Of a stretch of 64,000 nucleotides of DNA, positions 12,541-25,525 are shown in pieces. The stretch comes from Lama glama (Eukaryota), in contig CM052816.1 in assembly GCA_028534125.1 (NCBI GenBank), forward strand, positions 36,892,001 through 36,956,000. The letters run 5' to 3'. Under the pieces are notes generated by a model that saw nothing but the letters and a program-made list of their open reading frames with translations, did no database searches and was not told where the DNA came from. Position 1 is the first letter of the stretch; every line of letters begins with the position of its first letter. The position numbers were made by a program, and so were the translations under genes.

Positions 12541-13111
12541 CTGAAAATAGCAAGAGTATTCAAAGATAAAATTTTAGAATCCGTAAGATAAAAGATAAAA
12601 GTATAGAGCTTTGTGAAATTACAGAGAAGTATAAACAATTCAGAAAATTGCTGGTTCATATGTTCTTTTTGGATTCTCATTTTAAGAGGGAAGGAAAACT
12701 GATAAGCTCCAAAAGACATGATGAAAAAATTCTAGACTACGTGATTAATTATATAAGTCAAGAAAATTAATAAAACAATGATCACTATAAATTTGTATAA
12801 ATTTATTAAAAAGTAACATCTACAAAGTAATTAATAATAAAATTTTTCCAAGTTAGAAGTCATTTTAATTGCTTGAAATTCCTTGTCATTTTACTCTGAG
12901 TATAATTTCCCAAATAAGGTAGCACAATCCAATTTGTATCTACAGTTTCCATGTGGCATCATCAGGAGACAGATTTTACTTCAAATTAAGGAAGAGCTTT
13001 AAAAAAACTAAAGCTGTTCTATTGGAAAAAATATTATGTTAGACAATGAAATTTTACATTCTAGAGGCTTGATGCTATCTCCTTAATTTTTTTCAGACAG
13101 GATTCCTACAA

Positions 13112-13384
13112 AATATTTTCTCAAAATGTGTGGCATGTATACAATAGATATACAGGGTAACTTTAGGTGGTAGATAAAAAACAATCAGGCTAATATGTAT
13201 TAAAATACAGTTAACATATGAATCTGATTTCAAGGACGTTATTATCTAGGATGAAGCTAAAATAGGTAGTTATTACAGGCATTGTTAGATTTAAATGGAG
13301 ATATTAATTTAATAACAATGAAATTACTAAGTGATTAAAAAATGAGAAAGTGATAATAAGAGGACCTAATTTGTGGAACATGCT
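13112..13384. mobile_element. Possible degraded hAT-Charlie DNA transposon (MER112/MER113-like)
   Basis: Ends resemble the Charlie TIR context (tattttctcaaaatgtg ... aatttgtggaacatg); internal ttttaggtggta-like and ggatgaagctaaaataggtag motifs. Very diverged. Confidence 0.3.
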
Positions 13385-14683
13385 AAATTCTAACAATCCT
13401 GCTAATTCCTAAATCCCTCTTTTTTTATACTGTGTCTTGGCTTTTAAATGAAGGTTCTTCATTTTGTTCTCATATTTTATCGTATCAGCATTCATTCCCC
13501 TCTCCTGAATAGATATTTAGTACTTCAGTACTGGTAATTTATTTCATTCAATTATGTACTATCAAAAAGTTTAAAATTTCCCCAGATGCTTTCTTGTTTT
13601 GAAAAATATTTAATTGTATTTGCTTTATAAATGGAAAATTTGATATAATTTGTGGTCTAAATGGGATGTTATCATATTTCAAAATTTCTCACATCAATCA
13701 ACTAACTGAAAAATGTGTTCCCATAGCAATTAAACGTTCAATATTGCAAAGCAGAAGCAATATTCTTCAGTTTTACAACCCCATTGGTAAATATTGGCAG
13801 AGCTTTTTATGGTTTGGAATAATTAAATCATCATGGAAAGTCTTTATGAACCCAGATCCATAAAAGATAAACAAAAATGTTGAAAAAATATTTTAAACTT
13901 TGTATTGTCTTAAGAATGACTGATGACACATGCAATAATATTGGCAGGGCTCAAAAGTACAAATACATTGTGTTTTTAGAGTTGAGTTTTAAGTTGATTA
14001 TTTATAACACAGAGCACATACTTCAATGAAAAAAATAATAAATTTGTTCAGTTCTCAGCTTAGTCCTTAAATAACTACAAAATCTAATGTAGCAAAAATG
14101 AAATGCGGATACTGTTGGCCTCAATTCTGAATCCTAGAATGAGAAGACAATGAAATATCAAAAGGAACAAGCAGAGATTCCTTATTTTTCTGAGAATAGG
14201 TTAAACATTAAACAAAAAAAGTGTTATTTATTATAATTTATTATTATCTGCTATTCTCATTTTCAGTCCTCTTTTCTTACCCAATTTCCTTCCTCTATGA
14301 TGTAATCTCCATGTAATCTCCAGTCAACTCAATCCATCCTCCTGCTCCAAAGAGTGTCGTAGTCCAAAGTCAGACTAGCTGAAGGCAGTCCTCTCTTGAA
14401 ATTGGTCCCTGAATTTATCTCCACCAAGGCTGATTATTTTCTGGGTTAGTGTGAGTATTATTTGTTTTAATATTCCTGTTTTTTCCACTATTCCACCTCT
14501 AAATTTATAAGACCAGCACAATTCCAAGTCTTATTTCTCTTCCACAGAAGCCTCTGTAGCCAAAGCGGTGAGCTGTAGTGGCTTGGGAAGGATAGGAGGA
14601 ATGAAGTCCAGGGAAAGAGCTATAGGAAAGTTGGTATCAGTCCATAGTGAAGGGTGTTTGCAACAAAGATCATTGTAAGAGGG

Positions 14684-15075
14684 TGTTTTAGTTAGGGTTC
14701 TCCAGAGAAACAGTCAATAAGATGCCTGTGTCTATGTGTGTGGTGGGTGGGGTGGTGGTATATGAGAGATAGACTTTAAGTAATTGGCTTATGTAATCAG
14801 GAAGACTGATAAATCCAAAATCTTAAGGCAGGAAGGCAGGCTAGATGACCAAGGAAGAACTGATGTCATAACTGGAGTCAGAATTCCTTCTTCTTTGAGG
14901 AACCTCAGTCTTATTCTCTTGAGGCCTTTAACTGATTGGACGAGGTTGGAGGTTATGAAGGTTAATCTGTTTTACTCATTTAAAAAATTACTTTAACAGT
15001 AATAACTAGATAGTGCCTGACCAACTATATAGGTATCTCAACCTAGTCAAGTTGGCACATAAAATTACCATCACA
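14684..15075 (-). mobile_element. MLT2-family ERVL solo LTR
   Basis: tgttttagttagggttctccagagaaacag ... cctttaactgattgga ... cctagtcaagttggcacataaaattaccatcaca matches both MLT2 termini in reverse orientation; TG...CA ends. Confidence 0.88.
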
Positions 15076-16854
15076 GACTGCCTGCCAGAACTGTAAAAAT
15101 AATGTTTGTGGCTTAAATATTTAAATGTAAATATAATTACTTCTGTTTTAAAGTAAGCAATGGTATCATTGCATAGGAGCATTTATATAGTTAAATTTTG
15201 CAAAGTAAAAAATAGGAGACAAAATTAACCAATTACCTTTTTGAAATTTAGTTCTAGTTGTTTTTAATAATAGGTGACGTATTATTTATATTTTAATGAT
15301 TTATGTTATTTAATGATTACAAACTGTCACCTGCAGAATCAATAGAGATTAAGTCCATTGTTCCTTCAATATATATATATATGGAATATGTAGTCACATA
15401 AAAATTAATCAGAATTGAAAATATTTCTTAAAGTGAGCCTTGTAGTTACTTCTTAAATACTTCTTAAAGTGAATCTGTGGTCCAAAGAGATGGATACAAG
15501 ATTAGGGAATGTTATACTTTATAACTGGATAAAATTCAAAGCAATTATGTACATTCTCCAAAAAAAAAAAAAAAGGAAAAAGAAAAAATTTTCCATTCTA
15601 GGGTCTAAATTCCCACTTTAATTAATTTGGCAGCCTATTTAATTTATGCAGAGCATTAACTTTTTAATCTAGACTATGCAGGTATTACTGCCATTATTAC
15701 TTTATTTTTCTTTCAACTGTGATGAAAATATTTTAAGGTTCAAAAGATATACAGATTTAAATAATCTAAACAAACAACTGAACAAAAAGGTGCTGAGAGC
15801 TGTTGTTCATTGACATTATAATAAAACAAACACACTCATATAATACTAAAATGGTGACATTTTATGTTTGATGAACTTTTCTTTAACAGATTATAATAAG
15901 AAAAGATGCTGATTTTTAAATGAAATACTTTTATCTCTGTATCTATAGCAATATAAATCACTCCTTTATGGTTATTATAATGCTGAGCAATGATAAAGTC
16001 ATATACACACATAATGAATACAAATGAAAGGTAATAGTTAGCTAAATAATGTGTGCCACGTAAATGTATGAAACACTAATTTAGAAATTTCTAGCAACCA
16101 AAGGGAATATCAATGAGAAATAACCTAGAGCAAGAAAGAATCAGTTTGATGAATTAGGCTATATTAAAGAAGTTCTGAGACTTTTTCTTTTTTCAACTCC
16201 AGCAATAAAATAGACAAAACTTTCATGTGAGAAAGTAATATTTTACTCTTGGAAAATGAAAACTTCGAACCTTTTCCTTAAGGGAAGAACTTTGCATTTA
16301 AACCATTGGCTCTTTAGAGACATTTTCAGGATGAAAAAAAATCAAAAGATTCATTTTACTTGGAGCATTAAAAAAGATGAAACACATGGGGCTCCTGGTA
16401 TTCCTCTCATTTAAGTTTAGTGTCATGATGGTTTGATAGGGCCTGAACATTCATTTAAAAAGATATGCCAAGTAATTAAAAATATTGCAGATAAGTTGAA
16501 CATTTGACCTATTTGCTTATTTTAAGCTCTGCCTCGGGATCACTCCTATTCCACATTGTAGGCTATTCCACAGAAGTTATAGGCCATGCATATATTTTAG
16601 CATGATGAACATTGGTATTAAAAGGCTACAGTATGTCCCTTTTGAGGCAGCACTTTATATCAATGTAGAAACTTAGTATGAGATTGAGAGTTCCTGCAGT
16701 ATGCTAAGAACTCAAAAGTCATACGCTAATGTGATGAATATTCAGAAGAAGCAACGTATAAAGGTACCATATTTTAATCAACATCTCTAGAACAGTACTA
16801 TATGTTCTAAAGGAATGTATTTTTATTTTGATAGCAACATTTGCTCATTAATGT

Positions 16855-17585
16855 TTAATTCACTCATTCACTAATTTGTGTGTTCTTTATTATTGAATAT
16901 GTATTTATTGAGCATCAGTTATGTTTCTAGGAACTCTTCCAAGTCCTGGGACACAGATGTGAATAAAACAAACAGGTTCCTCCAATCCCCTTTAGTGAGG
17001 GAAGATAGAAAACAAGCAAAATAAATAAAATATATGATGTCTTTGATGATTAACAGTAAAGCATGTTGGGACTAGAGAGTGATGATGAGAATGTGAGGTG
17101 TAATTTGGAAAGCACTGTTACAGAAGACTGTTTCAGGAAAGTTATGAAAGATGAGAAGAGAGACACATGTTGATAACTGGGAGAAAAGCCTTCAACGGAG
17201 AGAAAAGAGCAAGCACAAAGCCCTAAAATGGGAATAAGATTGGCAAATTCAACAAACAGCAAGAGGTCCTATTGCTGGGGTGGAAAAAAAAGAACAGAGA
17301 AGAGGTTAGACTTTCTAAGACCTTGTCGGCCACAGGAAGTTTGGCTTTTATTCTGAGACTTTCTTTTTATTGGAAGCCACTGGAGGACTTGAGCTAAGGA
17401 TAACATGATGTGACTTAGATTTTAATAGCAACATTCTGACCGCTGTACTGAGAACTGACTATGTGTGGACAAGGGAAAAAGCAGTTACACTTGTTAAAGT
17501 GCTTTCCCAATAATTCAGGTGAGACATGACAATGGCAGATTAGCTGCTTAAATAGGTTAGATACTACATGAATTTTGACTCTAGA
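16855..17585 (-). mobile_element. L2 (L2a/b-like) 3' fragment
   Basis: attcactcattcac...tatttattgagcatc...ctgggacacagatgtgaataaaaca, plus ttggcttttattctgag and ggaagccactggagg...catgatgtgacttag, all typical of L2. Confidence 0.85.
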
Positions 17586-17630
17586 GTAAACAAAATCTAA
17601 GCACATGAAGAGAGGTCTTCTGCTTCTATC

Positions 17631-17849
17631 TAGGATTGACAGATAAAATATAGAATTTACTGTTAAACATGAATTTCAGAAAAACATTAAATCTTTTGTA
17701 GTGTATGTCTTACAGAATATACTGTCCCTGCAATTATCTCCCATGTAACTAAAAACAAAATACTTATACTAAAAATTATTTGTTTTGTACTTGAAATTTA
17801 AATATAACTGGCAGTCTTGTATTTTTATTTGCTGAATCCAGCAACCCCA
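17631..17849. mobile_element. MER53-like palindromic hAT MITE
   Basis: TIR-like ends taggattgacaga / tccagcaacccca; internal aatacttatactaaaaattatttg...gaaatttaaatataactgg; 8-bp flanks cttctatc (17623-17630) and cttctaac (17850-17857) match at 7/8, as expected for a hAT TSD. Confidence 0.85.
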
Positions 17850-17879
17850 CTTCTAACCTTTTCCCAGCTACACTAGATC

Positions 17880-18525
17880 TTTACTTGCACACTATTGTGA
17901 GGGTTTTCTTCTATTTCCCTAGATACAGATGTGTTTTCCTTCTTCCAAACCCAACCTCCCAGAAGCAATAGATTTTTCCTAGTCTCTGAGAACTGGAGAG
18001 TTTGCTGTTCTTCACCAGTAGCCTAAGATTTTTGCTTCAACAAGAGATAGTTCTGAGGGTAACAGATGTGACTTTGTGTCTTTCCCAAGCAGGAGCTAAC
18101 AACCTTCTACATCTTGTATCATGGATAATGGTTCTCTTTGGTTTTTTGCTTTGCCCTTAATCCTTCTTATGAACACCCTTTGGAGGGCTATAAATTTGCC
18201 TCGGGTTTGGAGGTCCCAGATTTTCCAATCAAATATTTCACATTTGGCCTTTAAGATTCAGTTAACATTTTCACTAATTTCTTCTTATACTTTTGTAGAG
18301 TAACCGATCCTTTCCACGTTCTGTCAAAGGTAAAATACTGCCTATGCCTCATCTCTTACAGGAGGGCCTTGTCACACTTTGGAGTTCAATTTATTTAGTT
18401 GCCTTATGCCATCCTGTGTCTGATAGTTTCAGAAAAATTTTGATTTTGCAGATTAGTTGGCCTTTACTCATGGTTAGAGTGGAAGCTGTATTCTCTTGCA
18501 GCTCCTACATGCTTAGTGGAGAAAG
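17880..18525 (-). mobile_element. Old LINE-1 5' region fragment (L1M4/L1ME-like)
   Basis: Terminal tgattttgcagattagttggcctttactcatggttagagtggaagctgtattctcttgcagctcctacatg resembles old L1 5' ends; similar in layout to 21500-21650 and 30870-31038. Confidence 0.5.
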
Positions 18526-19379
18526 ACCATTAAAAGCTTAAACAAAATTTAGACACATTATGACCCTACATTTTTTTTCTTTGTTTTCTATCCATCATCC
18601 AGGGGGCTAGAGACAGGATTGTTGATTTTATTGTAACCACTGAAAACAAATAGTTAGGAAGAAGTGCCAATAAAGAGAGAAGAAATTTAGAAATTCAAAT
18701 TAGGCAGGTTAAAAAAAACAAACAAACAGCGCTCTTTAAGCCAATATTCTGCCTGTGTATTTACTTCATTTCTTGCTCCTGTTCAGCCTGATATGGCTGG
18801 AAATGCTCATAGAAACATGTGGCAGGTATCCAGTATAATATATCACATTTAATCCCCCCTAGGCTTTAATTTCTACGTAGCCATCTGCTTATTTAACTCA
18901 TATTGATACTCTCCAAGTAGAAGTATTTTAAATTTATCTATCCTTTCCCAGAACCCTATTTTAGTGCAATTTTCACTGTCATTCTTTTCTTTCAACAGAA
19001 ATGCATCCCATCTAATTTACTGAGGATGGAGGTCATTTATCATGAGCTTCCTCAATTTCACCATTCTTCAAATGTAGTTTACCCTAGTATTCACACATCA
19101 TTGCTTCCTTCTTCTGCCTGAAAAAAAATTCCTCTCCAAATACAAACCTGTTCCCTTGACATAGTCCTAGATTTCACAAATTAACATTCTTATTTATTTG
19201 TGTTTGATCTTTCTCCTTGTAACTGAGTATTCCCAATTCCTCACTCCATGTTTTGTAACACTGCTGTCATTCATTTTAGTTAGCCATAAGCTGTAGTCAC
19301 CCAAAGTATTGTTGATGTGATTGTTTTGAACAAATAGCTCTATTAAATCAATTAAGAATAAGAAAAATATAATATTTGT

Positions 19380-21650
19380 TTATTATTCTTGCAAGGCATA
19401 TGTACCAGCAACAAATTCCCTCAGTTTTTGTTTGCATGATAACATTTTTTTAAAATTTGTCCTTCACTTTTGAGCATAATTTGAAAGGATACAGAATTCT
19501 AGATCATTGTTGTGTTTTCAATACTTTAAACATTTATTCCAGTTTCTTCTTGCTTTTATAGTTTTTGAAGAGAAGTCTGATGTAATTCTCATCTTTGCTT
19601 TTCTATAAGTAAAACAATTTCTTTGACTTCTTTCAAGAGTTTGTCTTTTATTTTCTGCAGTTTGACTATAATATGATTCGGTGTAGATATTTTAGCATTT
19701 ACCCTGTTTGCGATTCTTCAAGCTTCGTGGTGTAATTGTTTATTTTGAAAAATTATCAGCAATTATTAGTTTAAATATTTATCTTGCTATTTTCTCTTTT
19801 TCTTCTCCTTCTGGTATTCCTCATTATGTATATGTTATAACTTTTATAAGTTTTATAATAGTTCCATGGTTTGGGGCTATTCTGTTTTTGTTTTTTTTTT
19901 TTTTCCTGCTGGGTTTTTTTTTTTTTTTGGTATGTATATTTTACCTGAAGTATAATCAGTTTACAATGTTGTGTCAGTTTCTCGTGTACAGCATAATGCT
20001 TTAGTAATACATGAACATACATAGATTTGTTTTCATATTCTTTTTCACCATAAGTTACTACAAGATATTGAATATAGTTCCCCTCCTATACAGTAGAAAC
20101 TTGTTTATCTATTTTATATATATTAGTATCTGCAAAACTTGAACTCCCAATTTATCCCTTCCCACACCCTTCCCCCCAGTAACCGTAAGTTTGTTTTCTA
20201 TATCTGTGAGTCTGATTCTGTTTTGTAAATAAGTTTGTTTGCCTTTTTATTTTTAAGATTCCACATATAAGTGATATCATATGGTATTTTTCTTTCTCTT
20301 TTGGGCTTACTTCACTTAGAATGACATTCTCTAGGTCCATCTATGTTGTGGCAAATTACATTATTATTTTTTATGGCTGAGTACTATTTTTTAAATTTAT
20401 TTTTCTTTACTTTTTAGTTTGGAAAGTTTATATTTACATATCTTCAAGTTCACTGATTCTTTCCTCAGCTATGTCCAATTTAATGATGAATCCCTCAAAG
20501 GCATTCTTTAATTCTTTCATTGACTCTTTGATTCCTTCCGTTTCTTTTTGATTCCTTCTTCAGGTTTCCATATCTTTGCTTGCATTACTCATCTGTTCTT
20601 GCATGTTGTCAGTTCTTTTCATTAAAGCCCTTATCACATTAATCAGAGTCATTTTAAATTCCCTGTTTAATAATTCAAAAATCTCTCCCTTATCTGCTTC
20701 TTGATGCTTGTTTTGTCTCTCCAGACTATGCGTTTTCTTGCCTTTTTACTGTGTCTTGTAATTTTTTTGAAGCCTGAATGTGATGTATAAGGAAATAAGA
20801 ACTGAGGTCAATAGGCCTTTTGTGGGAGGCTATATGTTTATTTGGCTAGGGGGTTATGCTGCATTTAATATTTGCTGTACCTAAAAACATCAGGGGCTTC
20901 AATTTCCTCTTTGCCCTTATTTTTTTTCCTCCACTGATGTCTGAGTATTCCTAGAAACTTCCTCTCAAATGGAGTCTGTCTGGAAGCTCTCTGATAAAAT
21001 TTACTGTTCTATACTGGACTGTTGCTATGGTTGTACAGTATTGGGAGAGAAAAACCATTTCATAATTTTATAACTAATTATCCATTTTGGGGGCCCTTAG
21101 CAGCATTTTTTAACTATTGTTTTTCTTTTTTATGTGAGAGCAAAAGGCTGCTGGGGGCTGGAGTTCTCTAATTCCTCTTCCCCTTGGTTGGATAAGGCTC
21201 TGGTAAAGTATTTTGCCCTGAGGGCAGTTTGTTATGGAAAACATAATGGTCATGGCATATTTCAAAATTGTTGTTTTCCCACCCCACCCCACACCAGAAG
21301 TAGTGTGTAATTTTTCCCTGAACTTCATCAAGGGAACCTGGTAGAGGTCCTAGAGGTAAAACTCAAGAAAGTTCAAGGGCCTTCCTGAGACTGGGCCCCA
21401 GGAGATTTTTTAAGTCTCAAACTAGTCCACATTCAGTTTACAGTCATTTGCCAAACACTGGTTAAATGTTTCCAACTATGATTTGCTCCAGTGATTTCTG
21501 CTCCCTGTAAGCTGTAATTCTCTTTATTTGTCTGTGTCTGCAGTTTTCAGTGCGGTGGTTTGTAATATGAACTCTGTTCTCTGGTGGATCCAATAAGAGT
21601 TGTTGATTATCAGTTCGTTTAATTTGTTTTTTATTGTAAGTAGCAGAAAC
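19380..21650 (-). mobile_element. Old LINE-1 (L1MC/L1MD-like) 5'UTR and ORF1 region, interrupted by a younger L1
   Basis: caacaaattccctcagtttttgtttg, gagaagtctgatgtaattctcatctttg, ttcactgattctttcctcagctatgtcc and gggaacctggtagaggtcctagaggtaaaactc are L1MC/MD ORF1 and 5'UTR motifs. Confidence 0.85.
19915..20384 (-). mobile_element. Young 5'-truncated L1 3' end nested in the older L1
   Basis: T-run followed by gaagtataatcagtttacaatgttgtgtcagtttctc...caagatattgaatatagttccc; nearly colinear with 2975-3435. ORF 20152-20340 (MDLENVILSEVS...KYHMISLICG) is the L1 ORF2 end. Confidence 0.93.
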
Positions 21651-22902
21651 TGAACTTTTTAAAGTTTAGAGTTTTTAAAACCTACTCTTCATATTAGTCT
21701 TGAAATGCTTATTAACTTATCCTTATTTAAAACTCACTGCAGAGTACAATATAGTTTTGTATTTATCACACTTTGTGACACTTGCTGCACTCCTGAATTA
21801 GTTGCAATATATGGACAAGATTATTTTTTCCATCTCCTTACTCCTTAATAAATAAATTCTAAAGCTGAGATCATGTCATATTAACAGAAGCATTTTAATC
21901 TGTGTAATTTCTGCCGTGATATTTGTAGGAGGCATGCTCCAATCATGCCTGAGTATAAATGTTTAACTAAGCTCCAATTTTTTGATCTTGATACTTTTTT
22001 TTTTTCTGTTCAGAGGTAGTTTCAGATATTTAAGCTCTACATAAGGTAAACAAGAATAATTCAAGACTTCAATAGATAGGGTTTTATTGACATATAATGT
22101 TTATTGTATAAATATTCTCTTCAGTTTCTTAACTTCAACATTTAAGGTTGGAAGTGTTTGATAACAATGACATTTTTCTTAACTTGATCTTTGCCTCTTC
22201 TTGACCCAAATCTACCTTAACAGATAGGATTTTAGAAGATTTCCCTTAGAGAATTACTTCAAGCTATTTAAGCTGCCACCACATCCTGATTTAGCATTTT
22301 TAATAAACTTCCTAGGTCAAAGGATTAATTTCCCTGGACCCTCTTTATCCTTGATGTAAAAGTATAATGTTTAATCGAGGATGGATCATTGTTCGCCTGC
22401 TGTCTTCCCTGTGTGTTTATGAATAAGTAGTTACAAGTTCAGGGAATGGAGGAAAGCCAGGGCCAAATAAAAGTATTCCCAATACTTAAAATTTGTTGCT
22501 AAATAAAAACAGCATCTAATACATACGAATGCAAATAGAATTACTTTGACTACATTAAAGTGAATGCATTAAAGAAACATATGTCTGCTGAGGCAGTTTA
22601 TAGCCAAGTAGTTGCATTAAATTGCCTACGTGCTTATTGATCCTTATCTAAAACTCATCTAAATAGAGAAATTCGACTGTCTTAGCAAAACTGTGGTTCA
22701 CATGGTGACCCAGAAATTTTGGGCTTTAGCGTTATTAGGGGCACTTGGATTAGTTAATCAACTCTTAACAATTTCTTAATTTCTTAACATTATAATGAGA
22801 AGTTAATCTGCAAAAGTGTTTGTATAATTATTCCCACTTTCATCACATATATTCATGTTAATATTCAGAACTCTGTTATTTCACAAGATACCAGATTCTT
22901 AT

Positions 22903-23159
22903 ATATGTATATATGTTTATTGAAGTATAGTCAGTTTACAGTGTTGTGTCAGTTTCTGGTGTACAGCACAATACTTCAGTCATACATGAACATACATATA
23001 TGACTTCATTTTCATATTCATTTTCGCCATAAGTTACTACAAGGTAAGGAATATAGTTCCCTGTGCTATGCAGTATGAACCTGTTTATTTTATATATATC
23101 AGTTAGTATCTGCAAACCTCAAACTCCCAATTTATCCATTCCCACCCCCAACAACCCCA
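22903..23159 (-). mobile_element. Young 257-bp 5'-truncated L1 tail with perfect 11-bp target-site duplication
   Basis: Same 3'UTR as 19940-20170. cagattcttat occurs at 22892-22902 and 23160-23170. The tail is (TA)-like rather than pure poly(A). Confidence 0.93.
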
Positions 23160-23513
23160 CAGATTCTTATCTGTGAGATTCCCTAGTCTCAAGTTTGGAC
23201 CCACATAAAACCCTCACAAGAAAATGAGAAACTAGGTGAGAAGGTACATACTATTTAGAAAGCAGTATAAGAAATTCTGACAAACATACTAATTAAGTAT
23301 ACTCCATGTTAAAATCAAACTTTCTATCACAGTTCGTTAAGGTTTTATATAACTTATGTATGACAAAATCATATATATCCTATGTTAAGGCACAGAATAT
23401 CCTTCCACAGTACCATGGGTCAAATACAAGCCAGAGCCGTTGACAAGGATTTTCTTAATGATAATCAATGATGATATTATCTCTCATGTGTCACTCTGTT
23501 ATTCCTTCTTATT

Positions 23514-23649
23514 GAGGATGACCATATAATTTATTGTCCAAAAGGAACATATCTGAGCATAAAAGATGGCCCTAAGTGAACAAGATTTTGAGACAACAGG
23601 TGCAAATTGAGACTATTCCAGGAAAACCAAGATATATTTGGTAAAGTAC
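23514..23649. mobile_element. MER94-like hAT MITE
   Basis: gaggatgaccatataatttattgtccaaa ... gacaacaggtgcaaattgagactattccaggaaaaccaagatatatttggt matches the recalled MER94 layout. Confidence 0.65.
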
Positions 23650-24054
23650 TTAATAAATTTCAACCTTATGGTTTGATGAATTCTTCTACTATAAGAGAAG
23701 TCTCTCATAATTACCAGTGTTTTCTATGATAGAATGTGTAGACCAATAAAATGATAACTACAAAACATTTTAAAAATAAATAAACTTGAAATACAGCATT
23801 TTAAAGTCAGTTTTAAAAATACAAAAAATCATTTTCAAAAGAAAAGGCATTTAAAAACAAATATTTGGAAATATATGTTAACACTAAGAGTTTTTTTATA
23901 GCCCCAAGCAACGTATTTCACATGTAAAAATTCCATTATCTGCAAATTTTATACATTGGAATTTCATATCTAGACTCTTAAATTTCAAAATAAAGAGATT
24001 CAATAGCATGTAAATTTATATAACTATGTATTTTTTTTCTTTCTTAAATATTTT

Positions 24055-24354
24055 TAATATAATTTTTTAAATTAATAGACTTTTTGTGCAATAATAGAGT
24101 TAGGGGAAAATTCAGCAGAAAATAGAGTTCTCATATACATCCTCACACCACCCCAATTTCCCCATTAATATCTTACACTAGCATGATACATTTGTTACAA
24201 CTGATGAGTAATGATTGCTATATTAACTGAAGTGCATAACTTACATTAGGGCTCATTCTCATTTTTATATAGTCTATGGATTTTAATAAATGTATGACAT
24301 ATATTCATCATTCTAATATCATATGGAATAGTTTGCCCTAAAAAATTCCCTGTG
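24055..24354 (-). mobile_element. L1MC-type 3'UTR fragment
   Basis: taatagactttt...atacatttgttacaactgatga...acattagggctcattctc...gccctaaaaaattccctgtg. Confidence 0.85.
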
Positions 24355-24357
24355 GGA

Positions 24358-25230
24358 AAATTACAACAACATCAGTCAACTATAGACTATTTCATCTAAC
24401 AACTGCAGAATTCACATTTTTTACAAGCTCACATGGAACATTCACTAAGAGAGACCACATCCTGGGTCATAAAACACACCTTAACATATCTAAAAGAACA
24501 GAAATTATACAATGCACACTCTCAAATCACTATGGAATTAAACTAGAAATTGATAACAGAAAGATAACTGGAAAATTCCAAAATACATGGAGATTATACA
24601 AATGCTTCTAAATAATACTTAGATAAAAGAAGAAATCTCAAGAAACTGTAATAATATTTTTATCCAAATGAAAATTTATGGGTTGAAGTGAAAAAAACCT
24701 ATCCCGGAAATTTATAGCATTGAATGCATATACTAGAAAAAGAAGAACATTCTAAAATTGATCACCTAAGTTTCTACCTTAGGAAACTTGAAAAAGAAGA
24801 GCAAATTAAATTAAAAGTAAGCAGAAGAAAAATAAATTATAAGAATTAGAGTAGAAACAGTAAAAGTTGAAAACAGGTAATCAACAGAGAAAACCAACAA
24901 AATCGAAAGGTGGTTCTTTGAAAAGAAAAAGTTGATAAGCCTCTAGCCAGACTAAGGAAAAAGAGAGAGGACACAAATTACTAATATTAGAAATGAAAGA
25001 GAGGATATCACTACAGATCCTATGGAAATGAAGAAGATAATGAAAAAATACAATGAACAACTCTATGCCCAGAAATTTGATAATATAAATGAAGTACACC
25101 AAATCCTTGAGAGAGAAGATCTGCCAAAACTCACACAATGAGAAATAGAAGATTTGAGTAGTCTTACATATATTAGAAGAACTGAGCTAGTAATTAGTAA
25201 CCTTTCAAAACTGAAAGCAACAGACCCAAA
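24358..25230 (+). mobile_element. L1 ORF2 N-terminal (endonuclease-adjacent) remnant
   Basis: acaactgcagaattcacattttttacaagctcacatggaacattcactaagagagaccacatcctgggtcataaaaca...ggaattaaactagaaat...aagttgataagcctctagccagact...acaactctatgccc. Confidence 0.9.
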
Positions 25231-25525
25231 CAGAACACAGAGGGTTTTTTAGGGCAGTGAAAATACTCTGTATGATATTATAATGATGGATGTCATTACA
25301 GTTTTTTAAACCCATAAAATGTGTAGCACCAATAGTGAGCTCTAAGGTAAACTATGGATTTTGGGTCATTATTATGTGTTAATATGGGTTCATTCTTGGT
25401 TAAAAAAATAAAAGTACCATTCTGGTAAGTGCTGTTGATAATGGGGGAGACTACACGTGTGCTGGCAGGATGTATATGAGAAATCTCTGTATCTTCCTCT
25501 GTATTTTGTTATAGATTAAAAATAA
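25231..25525 (+). mobile_element. L1MC1-type 3'UTR end
   Basis: cacagagggtttttagggcagtgaaaatactctgtatgatattataatg...taaactatggattttgggt...gttgataatgggggagactac...gaaatctctgta; reverse complement of 44300-44600. Confidence 0.88.
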
